The translations under genes were made by a program, and so were the position numbers. Of a DNA stretch of 64,000 nucleotides, positions 1 through 9,995 are shown piece after piece. The DNA comes from Thermoanaerobaculia bacterium (GTDB lineage: Bacteria; Acidobacteriota; Thermoanaerobaculia; UBA5066; Gp7-AA6): the NCBI GenBank assembly GCA_035498405.1, contig DATKAE010000032.1, positions 35,195-99,194 on the forward strand, read 5' to 3'. The stretch's first letter is position 1. Each line of letters starts with the position of its first letter. The notes under the pieces are model-generated. The model saw nothing but the letters and a program-made list of their open reading frames with translations, was not told the origin of the DNA and made no database searches.

Positions 1-338
1 ACTTGGGCCAAGGCGCGCCCATACTCCCGGTCGCCTCCCCCCGCGACCTTCCCTCCCCAGGCGTGAGCCATCCATTGCATGCCGTAGCACAGTCCCAAGG
101 TCGGCGTCCCGAAATCCCGCGGGTCCGCTGCCGGAAGCGGCGCCCCTTCTTCGTAGACACTCTGCGGGCCCCCGGAAAGGATGATCCCCGCGGGGTTCCA
201 GCGGGCGATTTCGGCGGCCGGGGCGGTTCCGGGAAGAACGACCGAGAACACCCGCGCCTCGCGGATGCGCCGCGCGATCAGTTGCGTGTACTGGGAGCCA
301 AAATCGAGAACCACGATCGGCCGCGACGGCGCACTCAC
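1..338 (-). CDS. guaA: GMP synthase (glutamine-hydrolysing), N-terminal glutamine amidotransferase part; gene continues past window start
   Basis: Minus-strand translation from GTG at 338 gives [67 protein letters not shown]...[18 protein letters not shown]. This is the canonical GuaA class-I GATase N-terminus ([20 protein letters not shown]). The GTG start overlaps the stop of the upstream membrane-protein gene by 4 nt (GTGA). It is not in the ORF track because it runs off the window edge. Confidence 0.8.
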   Translation of the reverse strand, partial: MSAPSRPIVVLDFGSQYTQLIARRIREARVFSVVLPGTAPAAEIARWNPAGIILSGGPQSVYEEGAPLPAADPRDFGTPTLGLCYGMQWMAHAWGGKVAGGGDREYGRALAQ

Positions 339-907
339 GCCTCGCCTGCCTTCCGCAGCGCCGCGAGCGGCGCCGCCAGAGCCGCGGCCGGCAGCAGGGC
401 CGCCGCGCCAGCGCCAAACGGCGCCAGGGCGACGATCAGCGGCGCCAGCAGCGTGCCCGGAGCCTTCCGAGACACCGTCGATTCGCCAAACAGCACGAGC
501 GCGCCGCTGGCCAGAAGGAACAGCACGGAGAACGCCGCGGCGAAGGACCGCCGGTAAGCGGATCCGGTCCTCCCGGCGGGTCGTCCGAAGAGCGCCGTTT
601 CCGCGAGAGTGATCCCGAGCACGAGGAGCAACGCGAAGACGTAGGCGGGGACGAAGAGGAGCCCCGCCTGCGCGAGGAAGCGCAGCTCGGGCGTCCAGCC
701 GGAGATTCGGGGCCCGATCCATTGCTCGAAAAAGGGATAGGTCCCGAAGCCGGCGTCGCCCCGCCCGTGTGTCAAGAGGAACGCGAGCGCGCCGAGGAGG
801 AAGGCCGAAGGGAGCAGGAGGGCGATCTGGCGGAGAAACGTCACGGCGCGCCGCGATTGTATCGAATCCGCCGTCTTGGCTGCCCGCCTGTAAGATGACG
901 CCGCCAT
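335..907 (-). CDS. integral membrane protein of unknown function (about 190 aa, several predicted TM segments)
   Basis: Track ORF 335..1135(-). The ATG at residue 77 (nt 907) starts a strongly hydrophobic protein ([16 protein letters not shown]..., [14 protein letters not shown]..., [15 protein letters not shown]). The upstream 76 residues are Arg-rich low complexity that overlaps the + strand gene, so the shorter start was taken. Confidence 0.5.
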   Translation of the reverse strand: MAASSYRRAAKTADSIQSRRAVTFLRQIALLLPSAFLLGALAFLLTHGRGDAGFGTYPFFEQWIGPRISGWTPELRFLAQAGLLFVPAYVFALLLVLGITLAETALFGRPAGRTGSAYRRSFAAAFSVLFLLASGALVLFGESTVSRKAPGTLLAPLIVALAPFGAGAAALLPAAALAAPLAALRKAGEA

Positions 908-2804
908 GGCCCTGCGCAAGTCGACGCGAATCTGGCTGGCTCTCTTCGCGGTCGGGCTCGCCGGCATCCTCGTCAACGGATCGTCCGATCGGCTGGGAAG
1001 CGCCTCCATTCTCTTCACCCTGCTCGCCGACACCGCCGCATGCGTCCTGCTCTGGCGCGCGGGGGTGGCGGCGTTCCGCCTCATCATTCGGCGGCTGACC
1101 CTGCGTCTCGCCTTCTCGTACTTCCTGATTGGCATCGTGCCGATTCCGCTGCTGGCGGCGTTGTTCTCGGTCGCTGGTTACGTGCTCGCGCACCAGATCA
1201 TCGCAACCCGCCTGCGCGACGAGGTCAACGAGCTCGCCGACCTCGCCCGGTCGTCCGCCGCCGACGCGCCGCACGTCCAGCTCGGAAGAGACGGTCGCGT
1301 CGTGTCCTCGGATGTCTCCTGGCTGAAGCCGGGCGACGAGGTGCCGTGGGCCGGCGCTCTGGTCCTGCCCCATCCCATCATTGTCCAGGGGTCCGTCTGG
1401 ATCGGGATCCGGAACGAGACGCCGGGCGGCCCCGTGCTTCGGCTCCTGCCCTTGCAGGACCCGTCGGCGCCCTGGCTCCAGCGCCTGGCCGACCGGACCG
1501 GCTGGGACGTGATGGTGAGGGCGGGTTCCGGCGAGGGGACCTTCTCGGGCTATCAGATTCGCGTCCGCCGCAACCGCGAAAGGAAGGCCGAGGAGCGTTT
1601 CGTCAGCCCCCACCCGAGCGCGGAGCCAATCCCGAGGACTTTCTGGAGCCGCGAATGGTTGGGTGGCATCTACGTGGATCGGGCGGTCGCGATCGTGGGC
1701 GAGAAGCCCGCTGGGACTCCCGTCGTCGCCTTCCTGGCCCGCACGTCGCCAGCGGTGTTCCTTGGCCAGCTCTTTGCCCAAGGCGTTCCTGAGATCCGTC
1801 GCATCGTCCGCGTGCTGATCGTGGGACTGACCGCGGCGCTTCTCCTGGTCTATCTCGTCGCCCTCGCAATTGCCTTCGGCCTGGTGGCGTCGATCGTTCG
1901 GAACGTCAATCGCCTGACGCGAGCGACCGCGGCGATTTCCGCGGGGGATTTCTCTGTCCGGGTGAACTCGAAGTCCAAAGACCAGATCGGCGATCTGGCC
2001 CGCTCGTTCGACGGAATGGCCGCCTCCATCCAGTCGCTCCTGCGGGAGACGGCGCGGAAGGAGAAGCTCGAGGCCGACCTGGCGGTGGCACGCGCGATCC
2101 AGGAGAGCTTTCTGCCCGAGTCCGGAGTGCGCTGGAAGGGATTCCACGCCGTCGCCCATTTCGAGCCGGCCGCCGATCTGGGCGGTGATTACTACGACAT
2201 CCTTCCGATGCCCGACGGGCGCACCGCGGTCGCGATCGGCGATGTGTCCGGACACGGGCTTCCGACCGGTTTGGTCGCGGCGGCGGCCCGAGCCTCCCTG
2301 GCGAGCTTCGTCGAGCTCGGAGTGCCGGCGGATCAGGCGTTCCTGCGTCTCGGGCAGCGGACGGAACGGTCGCGCGACTCGCAGCGCCGACTCTACACGA
2401 CGCTCTCTTTCTTCGCCTACGACGCCGGGCGCCGGGTGGGGACGCTGACCAACGCGGGCCACCCGGCTCCGTACCGCGTGTCGGGCAATCGAGTGGAACG
2501 ACTCGAGGTCTCCGCCCTGCCGATCGGTCTGCTGCCCGGGAAGCCGTCCTCCTATCCCTCGAAGGACTTCGCGTTTGACCCCGGAGACCGGCTCGTCTTC
2601 TTCACCGACGGCGTCGTCGAGGCCGCCGACGCGCAGGAGGACCCGTGGGGGTACGAGCGTCTCGAGGCTCTCCTCGCGCGAGAAGGCGAACTGCCGCCTG
2701 ATCAGCTCGTCGGCGCCGTCCTGGCGGCCGTCGCCGCCCACGTCGGACCGACACCGCTCGAGGACGACCGGACATTGCTCATTCTGAGCTTCGACGCGGC
2801 CTGA
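906..2804 (+). CDS. membrane-anchored sensor Ser/Thr phosphatase: N-terminal TM, extracytoplasmic domain, second TM, HAMP, C-terminal PP2C/SpoIIE (RsbU-like) domain
   Basis: N-terminal [25 protein letters not shown]. Second [23 protein letters not shown] is followed by a HAMP-like segment ([41 protein letters not shown]). PPM motifs follow: [29 protein letters not shown]. Confidence 0.8.
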   Translation: MALRKSTRIWLALFAVGLAGILVNGSSDRLGSASILFTLLADTAACVLLWRAGVAAFRLIIRRLTLRLAFSYFLIGIVPIPLLAALFSVAGYVLAHQIIATRLRDEVNELADLARSSAADAPHVQLGRDGRVVSSDVSWLKPGDEVPWAGALVLPHPIIVQGSVWIGIRNETPGGPVLRLLPLQDPSAPWLQRLADRTGWDVMVRAGSGEGTFSGYQIRVRRNRERKAEERFVSPHPSAEPIPRTFWSREWLGGIYVDRAVAIVGEKPAGTPVVAFLARTSPAVFLGQLFAQGVPEIRRIVRVLIVGLTAALLLVYLVALAIAFGLVASIVRNVNRLTRATAAISAGDFSVRVNSKSKDQIGDLARSFDGMAASIQSLLRETARKEKLEADLAVARAIQESFLPESGVRWKGFHAVAHFEPAADLGGDYYDILPMPDGRTAVAIGDVSGHGLPTGLVAAAARASLASFVELGVPADQAFLRLGQRTERSRDSQRRLYTTLSFFAYDAGRRVGTLTNAGHPAPYRVSGNRVERLEVSALPIGLLPGKPSSYPSKDFAFDPGDRLVFFTDGVVEAADAQEDPWGYERLEALLAREGELPPDQLVGAVLAAVAAHVGPTPLEDDRTLLILSFDAA

Positions 2805-3134
2805 TCAGCCCCGGCGGTCGGCCCAGTGCCCGTCGACCCAGTACCATCCCTGGTGCGCGTGTCTCCATGAACCCGCCACCCAGACCGCTTCCGCATGAGG
2901 CCGCCGCTCCCAGCGCCCGGCCCGCCATTGGTAAGCGTTGGCCCGCCATACCCAGCTGCCCTCGATCCAGACGTAGCCCGGACCCGGAGACACCGCGCGG
3001 ACCTCGACGAGAGGAGCCGGTGGGGCGACCGCCACATACGCCACCCCCGGCGGAACAGGCACGAGGCAAGCCGACAGGAGCGGCAAGCTCATGAACGCCG
3101 CCGGCAGGAGAATCTTCTTGAGTAAGCCTTTCAT
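2805..3134 (-). CDS. small lipoprotein with WxxGxW-type repeats
   Basis: Internal ATG of track ORF 2805..3350 is preceded by AGGGAGGTG (strong RBS). Signal peptide MKGLLKKILLPAAFMSLPLLSAC has a lipobox. The mature part carries repeated YVWIEGSWVW / WVAGSW / WYWVDGHW (WxxGxW repeat family). Its stop shares a TGATCA palindrome with the convergent PP2C gene. Confidence 0.6.
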   Translation of the reverse strand: MKGLLKKILLPAAFMSLPLLSACLVPVPPGVAYVAVAPPAPLVEVRAVSPGPGYVWIEGSWVWRANAYQWRAGRWERRPHAEAVWVAGSWRHAHQGWYWVDGHWADRRG

Positions 3135-3255
3135 GGCGCACCTCCCTCGGTCGGTTCCTGCAAGATCACGACCAACTTCCCGGGCTTTCCGGCAGGGCTC
3201 GAGCCGGGCGATATAGTCGCGCCGGGCCGACCGCCTCGTCGGGCGGACAGACGCG

Positions 3256-4203
3256 ATGCCTCCGCGAAAGAGAAAGAAACAAGCCGACTCCGCCTCGCGG
3301 GGCCTCTCGGCGCCCGAGGTGGCGACAGGGTCGGCTCCGGCGAGCCTCACGGCGCTTCGCGAAGCGATCGAGGGGGACGGCGGCTCGGTCCTCGCCGCCT
3401 ACCGGGACCCGCTCGGCGGCCACTGGCAGCTGTTCGCCGCGCTACCCATCGAGCGTGTCGAGCCGACTCCGTTCCAGCGCGACCTCTCCGAAGCCCACGT
3501 CACGCGTCTGGCCCGCGTCGTCGATGGGCTCGGGCGATTCTTGGACCCGATCATCGCCGTCCGCACGCCGGAGGGCCAGTACTGGACGCCCAACGGCAAT
3601 CATCGGCTCTCCGCGATGAAGCGGCTCGGCGCCCGGTCCGTCGTCGCGCTCGTTCTGCCCGAGCGCGACGTCGCCTACAAGATCCTCGCGCTGAACACCG
3701 AGAAGGCGCACAACCTGCGGGAGAAGGCGCTCGAGGTCATCCGCATGGCGCGCGACCTCGCCGGACGGGATGGAGCGCCCGAGCGGCAATACGCGCTCGA
3801 GTTCGAGGAGGCGGCGTTTCTCACCCTCGGAATCTGTTACGAGAAGAACGGCCGGTTCGCGGGCGGCGCATACCATCCGCTTCTCAAGCGGGTAGACGAG
3901 TTTCTCGCCGAGCCCCTCCCCGGCGCTCTCGCCATTCGCGAGGGGCGGGCGGCGCGACTCCAGGAGCTCGAGGAGGCCGTGTCCGCCGCAATTCTGGGGT
4001 TGAAGGAACGCGGGTTCGAGAGCCCCTACCTGCGGGCATTCGTCGTCGCGCGGATCAATCCGTTGCGCTTCTCCAAGGCCGAGAAGCCCTCTTTCGACGG
4101 GACGCTCGAGAAGATGATCACGGCCGCGAAGAAGTTCAAGCCCGAATCGGTCAAAGCCGAGCAGGTCGCCCGAGCCGCGGGGGCCCCGGAGGAGACTTCG
4201 TAA
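3256..4203 (+). CDS. ParB/Sulfiredoxin-like nuclease-domain protein with an uncharacterised C-terminal domain
   Basis: N-terminal basic tract (PPRKRKKQ). ParB N-terminal domain signature (IERVEPTPFQRDLSEAHVTRLARVV...IIAVRTPEGQYWTPNGNHRLSAMKRLG) is followed by a roughly 170-aa helical C-terminal region. Confidence 0.6.
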   Translation: MPPRKRKKQADSASRGLSAPEVATGSAPASLTALREAIEGDGGSVLAAYRDPLGGHWQLFAALPIERVEPTPFQRDLSEAHVTRLARVVDGLGRFLDPIIAVRTPEGQYWTPNGNHRLSAMKRLGARSVVALVLPERDVAYKILALNTEKAHNLREKALEVIRMARDLAGRDGAPERQYALEFEEAAFLTLGICYEKNGRFAGGAYHPLLKRVDEFLAEPLPGALAIREGRAARLQELEEAVSAAILGLKERGFESPYLRAFVVARINPLRFSKAEKPSFDGTLEKMITAAKKFKPESVKAEQVARAAGAPEETS

Positions 4204-4259
4204 CCGAAGAACGACGCGCGGGTCGGTCGGTTGCTGTCGCGCCGGGACATAATCGGTCC

Positions 4260-5309
4260 ATGATCGTGGTCCCCCACCCCTTCGGACTCCACCGCAGCCT
4301 CGATCCGCCGGGAGTGCTGCCCCAATCGGCCCGGCGGCTCGACTCGACGCCGCGTGCTCTCGAGAACGAAATCGCCGTGGCCGTTCGCGCCCTGAACGTC
4401 GACTCCGCCTCCTTCCGGCAGATGCGCGAGACGGAGCGATCGACCGGCGAAACGGTCGAGCAGCAGGTGCTTCGCATCGTCGGCGAGCGCGGGAAGATGC
4501 AGAACCCGGTCACCGGCTCGGGCGGGATCTTCTTGGGCGAGGTCCGCGAGGTCGGCGCCCGGCATCCGGCCGCCGGAAACCTCCGGCCGGGAGAGCGGAT
4601 CGCGTCGCTCGTTTCGCTCTCCTTGACGCCGCTGTCCATCCAACGCATCAAGGCCGTGATCGCGTCCTCCGAGAGGATCGAGCTCGAGGGAACGGCGATT
4701 CTCTTCGAGCGTACCCTCTGGGCGAGGCTCCCCGGCGATTTTCGCGAGGAAGTCGCGCTCGCCGCTTTCGACGTGGCGGGGGCACCGGCCGCCGTTCTGC
4801 GCCGGGCGGGCGCGGACCAGACGGTCGTCGTGCTCGGAACGGGGAAGGCCGGCCTCCTCTGCCTGGCTGCGGCGCGCGAGGCCGTCGGGCCCGCGGGCAA
4901 GGTCTTCGCGGTCGACCCGTCGGAGGCCGCCTCGGCCCGGGCTCGGGGCGTCGGCGACGCGGACGCCGTCTTCACGATCGACGCCCGGGACCCCATCGCC
5001 GTTCATTCGGCGCTCCAGGAGGCGACGCGGAGCGGTCTCGCGGACTTGGTCGTCAATGCGGTCAACGCCCCGGGGACCGAGATCGCCAGTGTGCTCGCTT
5101 CGAAGGAGGAGGGAACCGTTCTCTTCTTCGGCATGGCGACCTCCTTCCAGGCCGCGGCCCTGGGCGCGGAAGGCCTGGCGCACCCGGCGACTCTTCTGAT
5201 CGGCAATGGCTACGTTCCGGGGCATGCCGAAGCGGTCCTGAACCTGCTCCGCCGCCGCCCGAGGCTGCGAACCGCCTTCGAGTCGCTCTGCTCGCTCGGT
5301 CCGCCTTGA
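4260..5309 (+). CDS. kdd: L-erythro-3,5-diaminohexanoate dehydrogenase (lysine fermentation pathway)
   Basis: 349 aa. N-terminal region (NEIAVAVRALNVDSASFRQ, MQNPVTGSGGIFLG) resembles the Kdd family. A central Rossmann motif VVVLGTGKAGLLCLAAA is present. It lies immediately upstream of kamDE-kal-kce. Confidence 0.6.
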   Translation: MIVVPHPFGLHRSLDPPGVLPQSARRLDSTPRALENEIAVAVRALNVDSASFRQMRETERSTGETVEQQVLRIVGERGKMQNPVTGSGGIFLGEVREVGARHPAAGNLRPGERIASLVSLSLTPLSIQRIKAVIASSERIELEGTAILFERTLWARLPGDFREEVALAAFDVAGAPAAVLRRAGADQTVVVLGTGKAGLLCLAAAREAVGPAGKVFAVDPSEAASARARGVGDADAVFTIDARDPIAVHSALQEATRSGLADLVVNAVNAPGTEIASVLASKEEGTVLFFGMATSFQAAALGAEGLAHPATLLIGNGYVPGHAEAVLNLLRRRPRLRTAFESLCSLGPP

Positions 5310-6238
5310 GCGAAGCGGCGCGCGCCCTGACGGAGCGGATCCTCGCCGCCCAGTCCCGACGGGTGGCGTTCCTCGGCCTCGCCAAGAACGCGGGAAAGAC
5401 GACGGCCCTCGTCGCGACGCTCGGCGAGCTGTCCCGCGTCGGGATCGCCGCGGGCGCGACGTCCGTCGGGCGCGACGGCGAGGACTTCGACGCCTTGACC
5501 GGCGAGCCCAAGCCTCGATTCCGCCTTTGGCCGGGCCAGCTCGTGGCCTCGGCCGAAAGCACGCTCGATGGGACGACCCTCTCCTTGACGGTGCTGGCGC
5601 GGCTTCCCTTTCCGACCCGCTTCGGGCCTGTCGCCGTCGCTCGCGTCGGAACGCCCGGTGAGCTCGAGGTGATGGGGCCAACGACGGCGTCGCAGACGGC
5701 GCAGACCGCCTCGGCCCTCGAGGCCGCGGGAGCCCGCGTGGTATTGCTCGACGGCGCCTTCGGCCGAAGGGCATTCGCTTCGGCGCGAGTGGCCGACGGA
5801 ATCGTCCTCGCGGTCGGAATGTCGGCCGGGCGGAGCCTGGAGAGTGTCCTCGAAAGGGCGCGCTTTGCCGCCGACTTGATTCAGTTGCCGACGAACTTCG
5901 CCGGCCGCCGCCGGACGATCGACGGAGCGCTGACCGACGAGCTGCTCCACGAGCTGCCACCGGAGCCCGGTGAAACTCTCGTGGCCCAGGATTTCGCCTC
6001 GGTCTTTCTCTCCGCGTCGGGGGTCCGAGACTTGAGGCAACGAGGCATCGGCCTGGCAGTCGAGCGACCGGCTCGCCTGATCGCGGTCACGGCGAACCCC
6101 TCGGCGCCGGGGCGCCCTCCCCTGCCCGCCAGGGCGTTCTTCGAGGCGCTCGCCGGCACTCTGCCGGGCATCGCGATCTTCGACCTGGAGGCGAGTCTGT
6201 CGAGCGTCGAGCCGCGAGCGGGAGAGAAGGACCGATAA
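5306..6238 (+). CDS. P-loop NTPase with deviant Walker A (CobQ/BioD/MinD-ParA-like nucleotide-binding fold), function unknown
   Basis: TTG start overlaps the kdd stop (TTGA). N-terminal VAFLGLAKNAGKTTALVATLGEL resembles KGGxGKTT-type deviant Walker A; a possible Walker B lies at RVVLLDGAF. Family assignment is tentative. Confidence 0.45.
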   Translation: MSEAARALTERILAAQSRRVAFLGLAKNAGKTTALVATLGELSRVGIAAGATSVGRDGEDFDALTGEPKPRFRLWPGQLVASAESTLDGTTLSLTVLARLPFPTRFGPVAVARVGTPGELEVMGPTTASQTAQTASALEAAGARVVLLDGAFGRRAFASARVADGIVLAVGMSAGRSLESVLERARFAADLIQLPTNFAGRRRTIDGALTDELLHELPPEPGETLVAQDFASVFLSASGVRDLRQRGIGLAVERPARLIAVTANPSAPGRPPLPARAFFEALAGTLPGIAIFDLEASLSSVEPRAGEKDR

Positions 6239-6261
6239 GGGCGCGACAACGGCCCCATCCG

Positions 6262-7206
6262 TTACCAGCTGACGCGCAACGCGGCCCCATCGGGAATGGG
6301 AACGACCTCGAGCGTCGTCTTCGGCGCGGCCGTCTCGACACCGGAAGTTTCCGCGCGGTGGCGCCGGACGAGAAAGCGCCCCGTCGCCGTGGCGAAGAGG
6401 GCCCCGGTGACGACGTCGCTGAAGAAGTGCGCCCTGTCGTTGATCCGGTCGCAGGCGACGACGAACGCGAGCCCGTAGGCGAGGGTAGGGATGATCCACC
6501 CGGGCGCGCGCATCGCGATCACGGAGGACACGGCGAAGGCCTGGGTCGCGTGGCCCGAGGTGAAGGAGTTGTGCCCGGAGAAGGGGTCGAAGATCGTTTC
6601 CCCATTGGACTGGTTCGGCCGATAGCGGCCGGCGACCGGCTTGATCACCAGGTTGGTGAAGGCTCCCGCGATGATCGCCGTCTCGAGCGCGTCTCGTCCC
6701 ATGTCCCGCACATCGCTGTCCCCGGCCACGAGGCCGATGGCCAGAAGCCCGCCGGCCACGGCAAATCCGCCACCCGCGCCGTACCAGGAGGTCCCGCTCG
6801 AGACGCTGTTGGTGAAGTTTGACCGGTGCTTCGCGAACAGGTCGTAGACGGCCTTATCGGACCAGAAGGCGCCCCCGATCATCGCGGCCGCGCCCACGGC
6901 GTGCCAGCCGTCTCGAGCGTCCCAGTGAAAGGGCGCCACCACGAGAGCGGCGGTGTCCGAGCCGTAGCGCTTCGCCTCGTTCCAGAGGGCATTGCCGACC
7001 ACCTTCAAGACCGGGGGCTTGGCCGGAGAGGCAGGGGCCTGCTCCGATTGGCCGGTTTCGACCGGGTCGAAAGCCGGGCAATCCTCTAGCTCGACGGCCG
7101 CCGCACGGCTGGAGACGAGGAGAAGCACGAGGAAAGTGAGAAATTCGGATCGGGCCCGAGGCCACCGCGCCGCGGACCACAAACCCAACCCGCTACTCGT
7201 TGGCAA
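6262..7206 (-). CDS. secreted PAP2-superfamily phosphatase (class A acid phosphatase-like)
   Basis: Signal-peptide-like N-terminus (FLTFLVLLLVSSRAAAV). All three PAP2 motifs are present: KPVAGRYRP (KX6RP), FTSGHAT (PSGH) and DRAHFFSDVVTGA (SRX5HX3D). Confidence 0.75.
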   Translation of the reverse strand: MPTSSGLGLWSAARWPRARSEFLTFLVLLLVSSRAAAVELEDCPAFDPVETGQSEQAPASPAKPPVLKVVGNALWNEAKRYGSDTAALVVAPFHWDARDGWHAVGAAAMIGGAFWSDKAVYDLFAKHRSNFTNSVSSGTSWYGAGGGFAVAGGLLAIGLVAGDSDVRDMGRDALETAIIAGAFTNLVIKPVAGRYRPNQSNGETIFDPFSGHNSFTSGHATQAFAVSSVIAMRAPGWIIPTLAYGLAFVVACDRINDRAHFFSDVVTGALFATATGRFLVRRHRAETSGVETAAPKTTLEVVPIPDGAALRVSW

Positions 7207-7282
7207 GACTCGCCCGCCTCGGAATACGCCAACCCGATCCGGTGTGCCTGTATTTCCGGGCCCCGGCTATACTGCCCCGTCG

Positions 7283-8842
7283 ATGCCCCCCAAGCTCGGT
7301 CTTTCGGCGGAGCGAATCGAGAACTGCCGGCGCCTCGCCGGGAAAGTCGCCGACGGTGTTCGAAGGGAGACGGAGCCGTTCACCACCGTTTCCACCGAAC
7401 GCGCGGTCTTGCGACTCCTGGGCGTCGATGGGGTGGATGAGCAGGACGTTCCGATCCCCAACCGAGTCGTCGAGTCCCTGCGGGCGACGGGCAAGCTCGC
7501 CCGCGGCGCCGCCGTGTGGCTGGGAAGCGCGTTGGCGGCCGGAGACTCGGGCCCGACAGAGGCCGCACGGCGGCTCTCGGATCCGTCCCAGGCGAAGGGA
7601 ATCTCGGAGCATCCGCGGTGGCGAGAGGCGCTCGCCCCACTGGTGGCTTCGACCCTCGGACGCATCCGGGGCAACGCCGCCGAACGCCGGCGGCGCCTGG
7701 CGGCGCACCCGCCGGACGAAGAGCCGCTTCTGTACGCCATCGTCGCCACGGGAAACATCTACGAAGACATCATTCAGGCCGAGGCGGCGGCCCGCGCCGG
7801 CGCGCAGTGCATCGCGGTCATCCGATCGACCGCGCAGTCGCTGCTCGACCACGTCCCTCACGGAGCGACCACCAGCGGCTTCGGCGGGACCTTCGCGACC
7901 CAGGAAAACTTTCGCCTCATGCGGGCGGCGCTCGATCGGATCGAGCCAGAGATCGGGCGCTCCGTGCGCCTGGTCAACTACTGCTCGGGACTGTGCATGC
8001 CCGAGATCGCGGCCATGGGGGCCTTCGAGCGCCTCGACATGATGTTGAACGATGCCCTCTACGGCATCATCTTCAGGGACATCAATCCCTTCCGCACGCT
8101 GATCGACCAGAACTTTTCCCGTCGGATCAACGCCGCGGCCGGTATCGTGATCAACACGGGGGAAGACAACTATCTGACGACCGCCGACGCCGTCGAGCAG
8201 GCGCCGGCGGTGCTCGCCTCTCAGTTCATCAACGAGCGTTTGGCCCTGGACGCGGGGCTCGAGCGCTGGCAAATCGGCCTCGGGCACGCCTTCGAGATCG
8301 ACCCGGAGCTCGAGGATGGCCTTCTCCTCGAGATCGCCCAGGCCGAGGCGGCTCGCGAGATTTTCACCGAGTCGCCGCTCAAGTACATGCCGCCGACCAA
8401 GCACATGACGGGCAACGTCCTGCGCGGCTACCAGCAGAACGCGCTCTTCGTGCTCACGTCCGTCGCGACGGGACAGTCGATCCACCTGCTCGGCATGCTG
8501 ACGGAGGCCCTCCACACGCCGCTGCTCTCGGACCGGTGGCTGGCGATCGACCAGGCGAAGACGATCCGCACGAACGCCCGGCACCTCTCCGAGGAGATCG
8601 CCTTCGCGCCGCACGGCCGGATCGTCCGCCGCGCGCACGAAGTCCTCGAGGGAGCCGAGGCGCTCCTCGAGCGAATCGCCGGCCAGGGGCTTTTCGACGC
8701 GCTCGCCTCGGGCGTCTTCGCCGACACGCGACGGCCGCGCGAGAGCGGACGCGGCCGGGAGGGCGTTGTCGAGCGGCATCCGGAGTATTCGAACCCCTTC
8801 CGGGAGGCTTGGGACCGCGAGCCCGCGGGGGCGGCCTCGTGA
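7283..8842 (+). CDS. kamD: lysine 5,6-aminomutase alpha subunit
   Basis: 519 aa from an in-frame ATG inside track ORF 6992..8842. It is collinear with KamD-family proteins (PF09043-like region ...[15 protein letters not shown]...[49 protein letters not shown]...). Size matches KamD (about 515-520 aa). Confidence 0.8.
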   Translation: MPPKLGLSAERIENCRRLAGKVADGVRRETEPFTTVSTERAVLRLLGVDGVDEQDVPIPNRVVESLRATGKLARGAAVWLGSALAAGDSGPTEAARRLSDPSQAKGISEHPRWREALAPLVASTLGRIRGNAAERRRRLAAHPPDEEPLLYAIVATGNIYEDIIQAEAAARAGAQCIAVIRSTAQSLLDHVPHGATTSGFGGTFATQENFRLMRAALDRIEPEIGRSVRLVNYCSGLCMPEIAAMGAFERLDMMLNDALYGIIFRDINPFRTLIDQNFSRRINAAAGIVINTGEDNYLTTADAVEQAPAVLASQFINERLALDAGLERWQIGLGHAFEIDPELEDGLLLEIAQAEAAREIFTESPLKYMPPTKHMTGNVLRGYQQNALFVLTSVATGQSIHLLGMLTEALHTPLLSDRWLAIDQAKTIRTNARHLSEEIAFAPHGRIVRRAHEVLEGAEALLERIAGQGLFDALASGVFADTRRPRESGRGREGVVERHPEYSNPFREAWDREPAGAAS

Positions 8843-9606
8843 GCGCGCCGCGGCGCGACCCGTCTCGCCTGCGTCCGTACGGCGACAAATGGAACGACGG
8901 CGTCGTACAGGTTTCCTTCACGCTTCCCTTGCCGCACTCGGGCCTGGCGATCGAAGCCGCCAAGCGGTACGCCGGCAAGATGGGCATTCGCGACCCCTAC
9001 GTGACGCTCGCCCAGCCGGTCGCGCCCGAATTCACGTTCTTCATCGTGTACGGCAAGGCGGTCCACGAAGTCGACGCGACCGCGATCTCGGCCGAAGAGG
9101 CCGCGGCGCCCGATCTCGGCCGGGAAGAAATCGACGCGGAAATCGCCAAGAGGTTCGGCCGGCGTCTCGTCGTTCTCGGCTGCGCGCTCGAGTCGGACGC
9201 TCATACGGTGGGCATCGACGCGATTTTCAATCCGAAGGGGTTCGCCGGCGACTATGGGCTCGAGCGGTACGCGGGGTTCGATGCGCGAAACCTCGGCGCC
9301 CAGGTGCCGGTCGAGAGGCTCGTTCGCCTGGCCCGCGACGCGAAGGCCGATGCCATCTTGGTCTCGGCCACGGTCACGCAGAACGAGATTCACGTCAGGC
9401 ACCTGACGGATCTGGTCGACATGCTGGAGGCCGAGCGCCTGCGCGACGACCTGATCCTGGTGGCGGGCGGCGCGCGCCTCGACCACGCGCTCGCCAAGGA
9501 GCTCGGCTACGACGCGGGGTTCGGGCCGGGCACGACGCCGGGACGGGTCGCCGCCTTCCTACTCGAGGAGATGACCCGCCGCCGGGCGGGGCCGGGGCCG
9601 AGTTGA
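8839..9606 (+). CDS. kamE: lysine 5,6-aminomutase beta subunit (B12-binding)
   Basis: GTG start overlaps the kamD stop (GTGA). 255 aa. A B12-binding Rossmann-like region is present ([24 protein letters not shown]...[15 protein letters not shown]...[10 protein letters not shown]). Size and position are typical of KamE. Confidence 0.8.
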   Translation: MSAPRRDPSRLRPYGDKWNDGVVQVSFTLPLPHSGLAIEAAKRYAGKMGIRDPYVTLAQPVAPEFTFFIVYGKAVHEVDATAISAEEAAAPDLGREEIDAEIAKRFGRRLVVLGCALESDAHTVGIDAIFNPKGFAGDYGLERYAGFDARNLGAQVPVERLVRLARDAKADAILVSATVTQNEIHVRHLTDLVDMLEAERLRDDLILVAGGARLDHALAKELGYDAGFGPGTTPGRVAAFLLEEMTRRRAGPGPS

Positions 9607-9995
9607 CGAACGAGAAGGTGCAGCTGCGGCTGCGCGTTGGGGCGGAGCAGGCCCACTACGGCGGCGGGCTCGTCGACGGCGCCTATCTGTTGAAGCTCTT
9701 CGGCGACGCGGCCACGGAGTTGCTCGTCCGGCACGACGGCGACGAGGGGCTCTTCCGGGCCTACTCATCGGTCGATTTTCTGGCGCCGGTCGTGGCGGGC
9801 GATTACCTGGAGGTCGAGGCGGAGCTTCTCCGGGTCGGGCGGACCTCGCGCGAGATGCGCTTCGAGGCGCGCAAGGTCATTACGCCCGCCGGCGGCGCCG
9901 CCTCCTCCTCGGTCCCTGTCGACCCGCCCGTCGTGGTCGCGCGGGCCACGGGCACCTGCGTGGTCCCGCTCGGACGCCAGAGGCGGAAAGCTTGA
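9603..9995 (+). CDS. kal: 3-aminobutyryl-CoA ammonia-lyase (hotdog fold)
   Basis: TTG start overlaps the kamE stop (TTGA). 130 aa. [68 protein letters not shown]...FEARKV matches the Kal family nearly residue by residue. Confidence 0.8.
   Translation: MTNEKVQLRLRVGAEQAHYGGGLVDGAYLLKLFGDAATELLVRHDGDEGLFRAYSSVDFLAPVVAGDYLEVEAELLRVGRTSREMRFEARKVITPAGGAASSSVPVDPPVVVARATGTCVVPLGRQRRKA

Noticed and set aside
3-612. + strand ORFs 3..557 and 181..612
   Set aside because: They overlap the clear guaA N-terminus and the membrane protein on the minus strand; low-complexity sequence.
4026-5960. 644-aa minus-strand ORF, extremely Arg/Pro/Ser-rich
   Set aside because: Antisense to the well-supported kdd and P-loop genes; low-complexity composition typical of spurious open frames in about 70% GC DNA.
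7207-7282. Possible lysine riboswitch upstream of kamD
   Set aside because: Leader is only 76 nt, too short for an L-box, and lacks recognisable conserved L-box segments.
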